Source: Octopus bimaculoides
Lineage: Eukaryota
Reading direction: 5' to 3'
Length of the DNA: 43,529 nucleotides
NCBI RefSeq assembly: GCF_001194135.2
Contig: NC_068981.1
Span: 30,928,388-30,971,916, forward strand
The notes under the pieces were generated by a model, which had not been told where the DNA came from, did no database searches, and was given only the letters and a program-made list of their open reading frames with translations. Positions 1 through 10,660 of this stretch are shown one piece after another (the stretch's first letter is position 1; every line of letters begins with the position of its first letter). Made by a program: the position numbers and the translations under genes.

Positions 1-59
<59 letters not shown>

Positions 60-82
60 GAGAGAGAGACGGACAGACAGAG
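1..82. repeat. (AG)n / (GACA)n microsatellite
   Basis: Read directly from the sequence. Confidence 0.98.
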
Positions 83-862
83 ACATGCACATACGTAGAT
101 AAGCGTGTGTGTGGAAATAAGATATAGGTATAAAGCAATTTTAAGAATAACAATGCAACATTTACTGATTGGGAAACTTAAAAGTGATTTTAGACTGAAA
201 CGGGACTATGAATTTCGTTCGACGGCTTTTTCTACCCACTATTCCATTGTAACACTACTACATAGCCTAAATGTATAAGCCGTCAGATAAAATTTGTGAC
301 GACTTAACTTTACAAAATTCACACAGATATAAATATATGCATGTATATATGTGAGAATATTTTACGGTTTTGCTTAGGAATACAAATACTAAGTATATAC
401 TTGCGCTTTATGCTAAAGATTTGATTTAATCCCCTACCCAACAAATGACAAAAGAAATACAGCCGTTACATAATCACTTTCAGTAGCTTATAGTCGTTTC
501 TGCTATGAGATACACTGTTTCCAGAGCTCTTATAGCCATTTAAATATCGCTGATGAAGCTGTAAGATGTTGCATGTGTACAATGCTGTTTGTAGTAGAAC
601 CAGATGTAAGCTAGAGACAGTGATTACTTAACTCCTATTCGATTTTCGTTCATTAGGTGTTATGTAAATATATGTGACCCACACACAAGCAAAAAGAACG
701 CAGCTCGGATAACGGACAGAGTCAACGACTATTGAAAAGGTTGCAAGACACAACGAAAACTTTAGGAAAAATAAGTAAATGAGTGGGAAATTTCCCGGTG
801 AGTGTCTTAAATAATAAGGCACTAAAATCGAATGACTCCCCAGTCCCCAGATACAACTAACT

Positions 863-875
863 ATGTGTGTATATA

Positions 876-911
<36 letters not shown>

Positions 912-1000
912 TGTATGTATGTATGTATGCGTATGTGTGCATGCGTACGCATGTGTGTGCTTGTACGTGCGTGTGTGTATGTATGTGCGTGTACGTGTAC
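863..1000. repeat. Compound (TA)n/(ATGT)n/(GT)n microsatellite
   Basis: Read directly; explains track ORFs 628-1002, 863-1381 and 867-1148. Confidence 0.95.
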
Positions 1001-2887
1001 ATTAATTGTAGGTTACGAAGGCTGCCAATGGTTTTATCTGAACAGATCTCAACTTTTGAAGTGCTGGTACTCGTCTCTCTTTTGGATGGGGATACAGAAA
1101 TTACTTCTACACCAAATGCAAAGTTCAGTACACATTCTCACTGTTTGATATTAGCGTATACATATATATGTGCCTGTGTGTGTGTGTATGTGTACTCTCT
1201 CTCACACACACATACTCACATTCATACACTTAAACACACATACGTATATAAATGCGTATATTCGTATATATATATACATATGAAATTGTGTCTGCGTCTG
1301 TGTGTATGTGTGCGTACGTATGTGTGTACAACTGCGGATAGGAGAAACACCACGCGAAGTTTCTCGATCTTGCTCTTCTGATTAATGACCTGATTGATTG
1401 TTGAAATTTGGTTGTTGGCGCGCGCTTGGAAAACCCATATTATGGAAACAAATTTATATAAATCAAAGCTCACATAAAAACGCTATGTATAAATACATAG
1501 TAAATTCTTAAAAGTCATAAGAAATTCTTGAGATTCTTTTTTAAGTAATATATAGAATATATAAAATAGTCATGAAATATTTCTTTGACCACTATAAAAA
1601 CATTCATCTTTGAAAACTAGTGATTTGTAAATAGGAATTTTGTAAGTATATTTTTTCTTTTAGGTGGTATTTAATAATGGAGAAGATATTTGAAGAATTA
1701 GTGGTAAATTGGCTTAAATTTTGCTATCCTTCAGTATTGAAGAATATATATATTCTTTAAATGCTCAATATAATTGTTTGCAAAAGAAAACTGGAAAAAC
1801 CTCTTATAGGATTTTTTAAAGCCAGTAGTTACTCCAAAAATTGTCTTTTGATAACTTTCAAAGGTTTATTATATGTATTAACAAAAGGATAATGTTCCTT
1901 CTCGAGTCATATATACACCAAGGGCTGGTTTTCCGGTTTCCGTTTTCCGTGACGTATATATTCCCCACCTGGACGGAACACAGGTCCGTCAGAGGTTTGG
2001 TCTTTTTTACCAGCTGTGTGGACTGGAGCAACGGGAAATGAAGTACAGGCTAATGCAAATGCTACATATATGTTTATAAATGTTAAAATTCTAAAATTTG
2101 AAACTAACATTGAAGTATTTTATATTTGACACGGTACTTTAATAAAGAGTTAGAAATAAACTTGATAGAGTAACAAAAAACTTTGAAACAACGTATCACA
2201 CGTAGAAGGAAATCGAGAAAGGTGATATGAGGGATAAAGGAAGAGAAGAGACTAAAAAATATGTAGGTAAAATTAAATGGGACAAAAGGAGTAACAGAGA
2301 TGGACAGTTGGACAACTTGGGAGGTTACAATCGGTAGACAAAAATTTGAAAGGTGTAGGTCAGAATGTAGACATTAAAAATAATTAACTGTCGTATCGAC
2401 GCCCCCAGGCGAAGAAGTAGGATCTCCCAAGACATATAAATAGAGGTAGTGTCGCCGTGGTAGGAGTGTTGTGTAGCAGTTTTGTAGCAGTTGAGTAGAG
2501 ATCATCCGAAGGTGCTAGATAGCAGTAGCTTGAGAAATAACAGTAACAATAAAAGTTATACAGTGAATGAATACTACGCTGGAAAAAAGAAAGGGAAAAG
2601 AAGTTTCAGGCGAACCCATTTTCAAAGAAAAGTAAGACACATGATGAAAGAAACAAGAGAAGAAACGACACATGTTCGAAGGATGTGTGTAACTTTCGAC
2701 TACAGGTTGTAGGATTATAAAGAGAAAAAAAGAGAGGATGGAAAGAATAAAACTTATAAGTGGTATATTGCTGAACTATAATGATTACAATACACAAAAG
2801 GGCTGAGCGAAACCCCAAATAACAAGGTGTAAGATTTATGATTCGAAGATGAATTAAGTAGAGAAGGGCAAACACAAATATAATTTT

Positions 2888-2888
<1 letters not shown>

Positions 2889-2949
<61 letters not shown>

Positions 2950-3546
2950 NNNNNNNNNNACACACACACAGACACACACACACATACACACACACACACT
3001 CATACACACATATACACGCTCATACCCATACACACATCGGATGAGTTTACGCATGGTTTTCATGTTTATATTCTTCTCGCCCAAAAACTGGTCCATTCTG
3101 GGTTATTGCAGTAGACACGTCTCCCTACTTGCCGCGCAGTAGGACGACGTGTTTGCGTAGGGAACTTCTTGACCGCACTGCCATATCCGTTATTGATACT
3201 CTGTTTTAATTCAAAAGCAAATCCTCATCAAATTATTTTATTTCATATTATTTTATCACTTTTACATTTCACGTAAATCCCCACTTTTTTGTTACGCAGC
3301 TTTCATTTTACATTTGTTGCACTGTTTATGAGATGTTTAATTTATCTTGTAGTTGGGAGTATGCACCGTCTGATGTAATCCTGCTTTACTGTATTTTATG
3401 TACTGTAATATAGCAATCCACACACACATATACACATGCGTACACAAGCACACACATACAGGCACAAACACTCACGCATATAAAATACATGAATGTTTGT
3501 GTGTGTATGAGTGCATATGTATCGTTGTATAAATGAATACACACAC

Positions 3547-3582
<36 letters not shown>

Positions 3583-3756
3583 GCATATATATATACATAT
3601 ATATTTGAATGTACGAGTATATATATGTAAGTGTATGTGTATGAGTGTATGCATTTGTATTTGTATATGGACTCATATAGCTATATGTCTATTATATGGT
3701 TGTATATATGTTTGTGAAAACACATACATGCTCACATACACACACGCATACACACA

Positions 3757-3801
<45 letters not shown>

Positions 3802-3811
3802 NNNNNNNNNN

Positions 3812-3845
<34 letters not shown>

Positions 3846-3850
3846 TCAGG
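2889..3850. repeat. (AC)n-rich microsatellite blocks (2889-3035, 3420-3850) with two 10-N gaps
   Basis: Read directly from the sequence. Confidence 0.93.
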
Positions 3851-4554
3851 CACATATTTTGATATATGTATACATGTATGTGTGCATGTAATGTGAAGTA
3901 TGCACTAATGTATGTGTGTATGTTATTTAACAGTTAGCTGAGAATATGAATGGGAAAGCGTATGCATCTACGGGCGTATGTTTCGACAAATATAACGATT
4001 TCACCTGCTAAAATCACATTGAATTAATGTGAAAACATTATTTACATGTAGATGAACAAAGTTCCCCTTAGTTTATGTGATGGAGCTTGTAATAGCTTTA
4101 GTGATGGTACTCATTTACATGTTCCTTGTAAAATGAAACCTGTTTCTGTTTTTGTTTTTGTATGTAGCGGTTGTTTTAGATGCTTTTCAGTTATTTTAGT
4201 CGTCGAAATCATTGGCGTTATAGTTATTTTTTAATGTTTACTATCGTTTGGATTTACCTTACAGCGTACAACCTCTTCTTAAAACTGTAAGACATTACAA
4301 AATGATATATCGGCGTTGTGATATTTTGTTCGAACTCATGCAGATAAATTTTATACGTAAGTTAAATTGTTCACGTTAGGTTGATGCCTACCAGAAACTC
4401 CATTGGCATCGGTATTGTATTTGCGTTTCTTTGTTGGTATTTGTAATTCGAGTGTTTTTATCGACTACGAAACTTGTGCGAACATATCAGACGCATATAC
4501 CCAAACAAGCAAAGAGTATTTTATTAAGAAATTTCCAGGCATTTACTAGTGCAC

Positions 4555-4599
<45 letters not shown>

Positions 4600-4879
4600 A
4601 ATACACAAACACGAAGTCTCACTCCCCCCCACTCTCTGTCTCTCTATCATACACATACACACATATAGAACTCACTACACACTAATAGATATTGAAAGAA
4701 ATTTGGGGACGACGAATCTGCTGCCCGATTCGGTAGCGAGATTTCTGATCCTCTTACTCCAACGACCTCGCGTCTTTCCGAATCATTCCCCATAATTACT
4801 CTACCACGTCAGGCCTTCACATCAACACTCATCACTTACTAGCATATCGAAAATAACATTTTTTTTTTCTCTTTGTCTT

Positions 4880-5242
4880 CATTTTTGACGCGCATATGGC
4901 CACCCAGATATTTGAAAGCCATTGAAAACCTGGGTTTCGAGTTGCTGTACACCCGACTTACAGTCTAAGATTCCGTCCCTTCCATATATTACCTCTTGGG
5001 ACCGATCACATATTTTACGATGCCGTCGGCGATTTGCTGCGGATGAAGTAGTACAAGAAGCAGAGCATGAATTCCTGTACGACCAACTGTAAAACTTCTC
5101 CTACAGAATAAGCAAGGTCATAGACCACTGAAAGAAGTTCATCGAAATGCAAGGAGTGTATATCGAGAACTGATATAACAATTCAACTCTTGCTTTTGAT
5201 TACAGAGTCAAAAGTGCATATAATTTTTGACTTACCCTCATA
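4880..5242 (+). mobile_element. Mariner (Tc1/mariner) transposon 3' relic: transposase C-terminus plus right TIR
   Basis: Manual translation across frameshifts gives IENLGFELL / HPTYSL / DSVPSIYYLLGPI / RRFAADEVVQEAEHEFL...KVIDH*KKFIEMQGVYIEN*. This matches the mariner LGFELLxHPPYSPDLAPSDYxLF...RWxKxIxxxGxY pattern. It ends in ATAATTTTTGACTTACCCTCA+TA (about 5220-5242), a mariner-type TIR with TA target. No left TIR found. Confidence 0.85.
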
Positions 5243-6176
5243 TATTTACATAGATAGATAGAGGAAAGCGTAACATAATGCATCCTTTCTCTCATAGTAA
5301 CCATAAGCACACGCTTCACATTTAAAGAAGCGCACATCAAGAGATACATACCGAGTTTATTATAAAATGTACGAAAATATATTAGTCATACACCCTTTCG
5401 CAAAGTACTACACTACATATATGACTTAAAGCCATTTTATTTAAGACTACATATTGCTCTAAAATTCTGCACAGCCACATTTCCTCTCCTCATGAAGTGA
5501 CCTGCAGCATTTGTATTTAAACATCAACTGCTGTAATCAGCTGCACTAACTTACCTTACATTTGTCCTTATTGCCCAGTGTAGAGGGCATATATTAATTA
5601 CTGTCACTACCCTTCCTTTTTAGACGACTTACGGACATTATGTATATATATATNNNNNNNNNNNNNNNNNNNNNNNNNNNNNNNNNNNNNNNNNNNNNNN
5701 NNNNNNNNNNNNNNNNNNNNNNNNNNNNNNNNNNNNNNNNNNNNNNNNNNNNNNNNNNNNNNNNNNNNNNNNNNNNNNNNNNNNNNNNNNNNNNNNNNNN
5801 NNNNNNNNNNNNNNNNNNNNNNNNNNNNNNNNNNNNNNNNNNNNNNNNNNNNNNNNNNNNNNNNNNNNNNNNNNNNNNNNNNNNNNNNNNNNNNNNNNNN
5901 NNNNNNNNNNNNNNNNNNNNNNNNNNNNNNNNNNNNNNNNNNNNNNNNNNNNNNNNNNNNNNNNNNNNNNNNNNNNNNNNNNNNNNNNNNNNNNNNNNNN
6001 NNNNNNNNNNNNNNNNNNNNNNNNNNNNNNNNNNNNNNNNNNNNNNNNNNNNNNNNNNNNNNNNNNNNNNNNNNNNNNNNNNNNNNNNNNNNNNNNNNNN
6101 NNNNNNNNNNNNNNNNNNNNNNNNNNNNNNNNNNNNNNNNNNNNNNNNNNNNNNNNNNNNNNNNNNNNNNNNNNNN

Positions 6177-6207
6177 ATTATATTTATTATTATTTTTATT
6201 ATTATCA

Positions 6208-6265
<58 letters not shown>

Positions 6266-6274
6266 CATCATCAC

Positions 6275-6305
<31 letters not shown>

Positions 6306-6434
6306 GTTCAGTAGTTTTATTTTTATAACGTGCTTTCACTTCACTACCGAGCGCAGCTCTGTGCGCCTTGGGTATGTGCTGTGGTTTGCTGTGGTGCTTT
6401 TATGTTTACTGTATTGAAAGTGTTTTGCGTAGAA

Positions 6435-6435
<1 letters not shown>
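6177..6435 (-). mobile_element. 3' end of an RLE-type (R4/Dong-like) non-LTR retrotransposon with (AAT)n tail
   Basis: The minus strand reads ILRKTLSIQ* (stop at 6406-6408), homologous to the ILYKTLLI* end of the RLE fragment at about 19500-19530. About 100 nt of 3' UTR and an (AAT/GAT)n tail follow. (TAA)n flanks both sides. Confidence 0.65.
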
Positions 6436-6492
<57 letters not shown>

Positions 6493-7193
6493 TAACATTT
6501 TCCTGTTTTGGCATATAAACATAAATAAGTGAAAAGTTATCGACAGTTTGCTTCAGGCTGTGTCGTCATTTATATCTCACGGAAACCTTATTGAATTTCT
6601 AAGTCTGCCGTTAGAGTACAAAATATCACTTTCTGAATAGATCACTTTATCTATAAAGAAAGATTTACATAATATATAGACGAATAAAATAACATTATTC
6701 TATTTCTATTCCATCTATCAACTTGAAGGTTCATCAAGTGACTATAATTTATTGGAAACAGCGACCACTGTTGTTATTTAACCCTAGGTTAGTCCACATT
6801 AAGCTGAAATGTATCCCAAGTGTATCAATCGACTCGTTCCTGGTCTTTTTGAGGCATAGCATATATTTTGCAACTTTATTTGTTATATCGTCATTCTTCT
6901 TGTGACGTGAGAGTGATGTGGATCCTATTTCTAGTATGCTGAAATCCCGCATAGATACTCCTTCATTGCCACATTGGTTATTACGTAAGAAAGTTAAGAG
7001 GCAGGTACATGGTGAACCAGACCTAAAATATGTTTGTCTGCCTCTCCCAGTTTTAAACCGATATGTTTCACTTTCAGAACCGGGGAGTTAGATGTGTCAA
7101 CTGAAACTTCTCGTACCTATCCTGCACAGAATGCAGGCACGATCCTGACGTAAATAAAAAATGTATATAACTTAACAACTGAACTAGACAAAT

Positions 7194-7299
7194 AACTGGC
7201 ACTCGGTCGGTTACGACGTTCCAGCTGATCCGATCAACGGAACAGTCTGCTCGTGAAATTAACGTGCAAGTGATTGAGCACTACACAGATACGTGTACC
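7194..7299 (-). mobile_element. SINE family B 3' tail fragment
   Basis: Reverse complement of the 3' part of the full copy at 26699-27081 (TGGCACTC.GTCG...GATCCGATCAACGGAACAG.CTGCTCGTGAAATTAACGTGCAAGTG). Confidence 0.85.
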
Positions 7300-7317
7300 G
7301 GGAGGCAAGGTTAAGTT

Positions 7318-7429
7318 GAGTACTTAACTGGTACTTAATTCGTTGAACTCGAAAGGATGAAAGGCAAAAATCGACCTCGGCGGAATTTGAACTCAGAACA
7401 TAGCGGCAGACGAAATACCTCTAAGCATT
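7318..7429 (-). mobile_element. SINE family A fragment
   Basis: Reverse complement of the family A core (CTGGTACTTAATT...GAAAGGATGAAAGGC...TCGACCTCGGCGGAATTTGAACTCAGAAC), also seen at 18523-18663. Confidence 0.85.
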
Positions 7430-7440
7430 AATAATAATAA

Positions 7441-7570
7441 TGGGGAAGACAAAAATTCTCTGGGACTTTGACTTCCGGACAGACAAAATGCTAGATTATC
7501 GAAAACCGGATATAGTAAATTTATGATGGACAATCAAGCGTGCCTAATAATCGACATAGCAGTGCCACAC
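7441..7570 (+). mobile_element. RLE-type LINE fragment (restriction-like endonuclease PD..D motif)
   Basis: KILWDFDFRTDKMLDYRKPDIV, then a frameshift, then DNQACLIIDIAVPH. This is the ILWDxxxxTD...RPDIV...CxIIDIAVP signature of R4/Dong/NeSL-type endonucleases. (AAT)n lies immediately upstream. Confidence 0.85.
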
Positions 7571-7879
7571 TACCTGGTAATTCTTTTATTGTAGTTTTAT
7601 AAACGTCTAATGACGTTTTAATTGAAATACTGTCTTGCGATGTTTTAAGGATGAAATCCTCAAATTTATTTCCCTCTGTCTCTGTTTTGTGTTTGTTTTG
7701 ACATACAAAATCCATCAAATCACTGTTACACTTATTCACAACAGTAAAATTGATGGATACATTTCTTCTACAGTCTGATGAATATTTGTGAAGTTCTGTA
7801 ATTGGTTGTTTCTGGGTTTTCTTTGTAATTTGATACTGTTGCTGTTTTTGAAGTTGTTTTTGTTGGAGTGGTGTGAATT

Positions 7880-9356
7880 GTGTTGCGCCAGGGCTGTCAG
7901 GGCTGTCCGCTGTCACCTCTTCTGTACGTGCTTGCTCCTGAACCACTGCTGCGTAAGTTGGAACAGTTAAGAAGCCTCCCTTTCGAAATTGGATTCGAGA
8001 GAGCTGTGTCTGCATACGCGGATGATGTCACTGTCATGGTGTCGGACGCCTACGAAAAGGAGACGGTCGGTTCCATTGTAAAGGAATATGAGTGGGTTGA
8101 AGGGGCTAAAATAATGTCGACAAGTCAGTGGGATTGCGACTGGGCATCTTGAAAGGCAGATTGACACCGTCGGACGGCGCCGTCGGATATTGGAGTGACG
8201 GACCAGTTAAACTGTTCGGCGTCTGGTTTGGTCCCAACCCCCAGGTGGATAAGAATTAGGAAGAGGTTACGAACAGGAAGATCTCTCTTACCCAGAAATG
8301 GGCAGAGAGGAAGTTGTCCTTGAAATTTCGGGCAGAGGTGGCGAATGCCTTCATCACCTTTGTCATTTATCGTCTGACCATCGTGCCTTGTTCCAGGTAC
8401 TGCTTGCTTAGATTGGAGTGTATCCTGTTTATTTTCTTGTTGAAGGGACTCATTGCGATGGTCAGGCGGTCAGTCTGCTGCTAACTTCCTTTGCGTGGTG
8501 GCTTAGGCATGATATGACTTTAAATACGCCGAAATGCACTCAGGCTGCGCCACTTGCAGCGATTTCTAGAAGGTGAACGTGTGTGGGCTGCGTTTGTGAG
8601 ACACGACTTTCCGCAACTCGTCTCCTTGACGGAGCTGCAGTCCTGGGTATAGGATCGGCCGAGACTAGGTACCTGGCACTTCGAATGTCATCAGGTACTC
8701 ACTGTCCTCTGCAAGTGGGGGCAATAGGATCGGTGGATGTTCCACTTTAGATACAGAGGATTAGTTGCAAGGAAGTGCGACGACATCCTCGGGGAGACTC
8801 TAGGCGTCGACGATGACGAACTGGCGAATCTATTCGAGAGGACTTTCCGGTCGGAGTGAGTTATAAATAATTTCCAGATGTCTTTGGCTTGGCAGTGCTA
8901 CCGGTGCGGTACTACCTGTTCGAGATAAACTTAACGAGCACGAAACCGTTCTGCATGCACTCGTTCAGTGCCCGGGCATTACTGAGTTGTTATGTCGAAC
9001 GGTTGCTGTCGCGTATAGGACAGATTCGTCTGTCAGCTGAGTCCATAATGATGATTACCTCGCCGCCTTCCTTTAATCAGGCTAGCAATGCAGTTTTCCT
9101 TTGTCTGATGGTTGTGGCAAAATAGGTTATCTGGTGGACGTAGCTGAAAGGACAGAAACATACCTCTTTGGTAAAGAGGAAATTCAGGATGGAGAGGGAG
9201 GTGCTGTCCTCGAGTGAATTTATGAAAAGGCGGGTGAAATTTGAAATATGGTGGTCTCATATCAAGATTAAGAGCGCATGACCTTCCAGGTGAGGTCCAG
9301 TTAAAATTTTCTTCAGGTCGAGTAGCCCATCCCGCTCAAAAGGTCCTTGAATAAAG
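7880..9356 (+). pseudogene. 5'-truncated L1/Tx1-clade LINE ORF2 relic (RT domain to 3' end)
   Basis: QGCPLSPLLYVLAPEPLLRKL...SAYADDVTV (RT core). After a frameshift: KSVGLRLG...VKLFGVWFG...KWAERKLSLKFRAEVAN...LPLRGGLGM. Multiple stops and frameshifts. AATAAA near 9350. Confidence 0.9.
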
Positions 9357-9369
9357 GTCGTTTAATGAT

Positions 9370-9680
9370 GTTGAAAGACCTATCCATGTTTCTAGAGGTG
9401 AATTATCCAAACCCCAAAGAATTCCTCTCAACAAATGACGATGATGCTCTCCCATTAATTCTGTTCGTGATCGGTGATGTACATATCATCAGTCACTAAG
9501 GGACATGCCCAACTGGTTGATGTCAAACAACTTACAAACAACTGTGGTATTGAGCAGAATATTTGCTGTAGCCCATCCTTTATACCAAGACAAAACAATG
9601 TACATGATAAGCACTTCCAATTAGTTCAGATCAGAAGAGATGAGAGCCACTGCCTGGTGCTGAAAATACATTACAGAGCA

Positions 9681-9716
<36 letters not shown>
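9370..9716 (+). mobile_element. Probable retroposon 3' UTR ending in an (ATT)n tail
   Basis: Non-coding stretch ending in about 11 ATT units. It resembles a common octopus interspersed repeat, from memory only. No second copy in this window. Confidence 0.4.
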
Positions 9717-9717
<1 letters not shown>

Positions 9718-9718
<1 letters not shown>

Positions 9719-9940
9719 GGCGATCGCGCTGGCAGAATCGTTAGCACGCTGGACGAAATGCTTAGCGGTATATCGGCCGTTCCTACGTTCTGATTTCAAA
9801 TTCCACCGAAGTCGGCTTGGCCTTTTATCTGTTCGGAGTCGATAAATTAAGTACCAATGAAACACTGGGGTCGATGTAATCGACTAGTCCCCTCCCCTCC
9901 CCTAAAGTTTGAAGCGTTGTGCCTTTAGTAGAAAGTATTA
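9718..9940 (+). mobile_element. tRNA-derived SINE family A, near full length
   Basis: A-box-like TGGCAGAATCG and degenerate B box ATTTCAAATTCC. Body GTCGATAAATTAAGTACCA...GGGGTCGATGTAATCGACT. Tail TTGTGCCTTTAGTAGAAAG. Matches other copies in the window. Confidence 0.9.
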
Positions 9941-9959
9941 CTGTTATTAATGATAATGT

Positions 9960-10150
9960 GACGAGCTGTCAGAATCGTTGGCTCGCTGGACGAAATGCTT
10001 AGCGGGATATCGTCCGTCTTTACGTTCTGAGTTGAAATTCCGCCGGGGTTGACTTTGTCTTTTGTCCTCTCAGGGGTCGATGTAATTGACTAGTCCCGTC
10101 CCTCAAAATTTCAGGCTTTGTGTCTTTAGTATAAAGGATTATTATTATTA
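9960..10150 (+). mobile_element. SINE family A, second tandem copy with internal deletion
   Basis: GACGAGCTGTCAGAATCGTT...TTCTGAGTTGAAATTCCGCCG...GGGGTCGATGTAATTGACTAG...TAGTATAAAGGATTATTATT. Lacks the GATAAATTAAGTACC block present in the first copy. Confidence 0.88.
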
Positions 10151-10534
10151 TTAATGTTTTTCGTCTTGGAGAGAATTATTTTGAAATGTCAAAATGTCTA
10201 CACGACTTTTTATTATAATTGGCAATTGTGTTAAGGGAGTAACCGACATTGATGAGAGAGTAGTAAGGGATTAGAAATTGATGGAAAATTGTTTTTTTGA
10301 TTCACTTAAAGTGTCTTGCAAAAAGAGAGAACGAGATAACAGACGCAAAGAAGTAAAGATACGAATAGGGAAAAGTGATAAGGAGGGAAGAAGAAAATAC
10401 AAAGCAAATGATCGAGATTGATTTGGAATATAAGAAACAAATCGAAGAATAAAAATTCGCTTCGATATACAGAAAAAAATATGCAGAAAAAAATCCAGCA
10501 AATCGTGGAAATTAGAAATCGATGAAGTTGACGG

Positions 10535-10660
10535 TGATGATGATGATAATGATGACAATGACGATGACGATGAGGAGGAGGAGGAGGAGGAGGAGAAGGA
10601 GGAGGAAGAGGAAGAGAGGAGGTGGTGGTGGTGGTGATGGAGGAGGAGAAGGAGGGGACA
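10535..10660. repeat. Compound trinucleotide repeat (GAT/GAC)n(GAG)n(GGT)n
   Basis: Read directly from the sequence. Confidence 0.92.

Noticed and set aside
2630-2690. AGACAC-ATGATGA...GAAACG, resembling a Penelope hammerhead region
   Set aside because: The first core base is A rather than C and there is no helix II pairing. Too degenerate to call.
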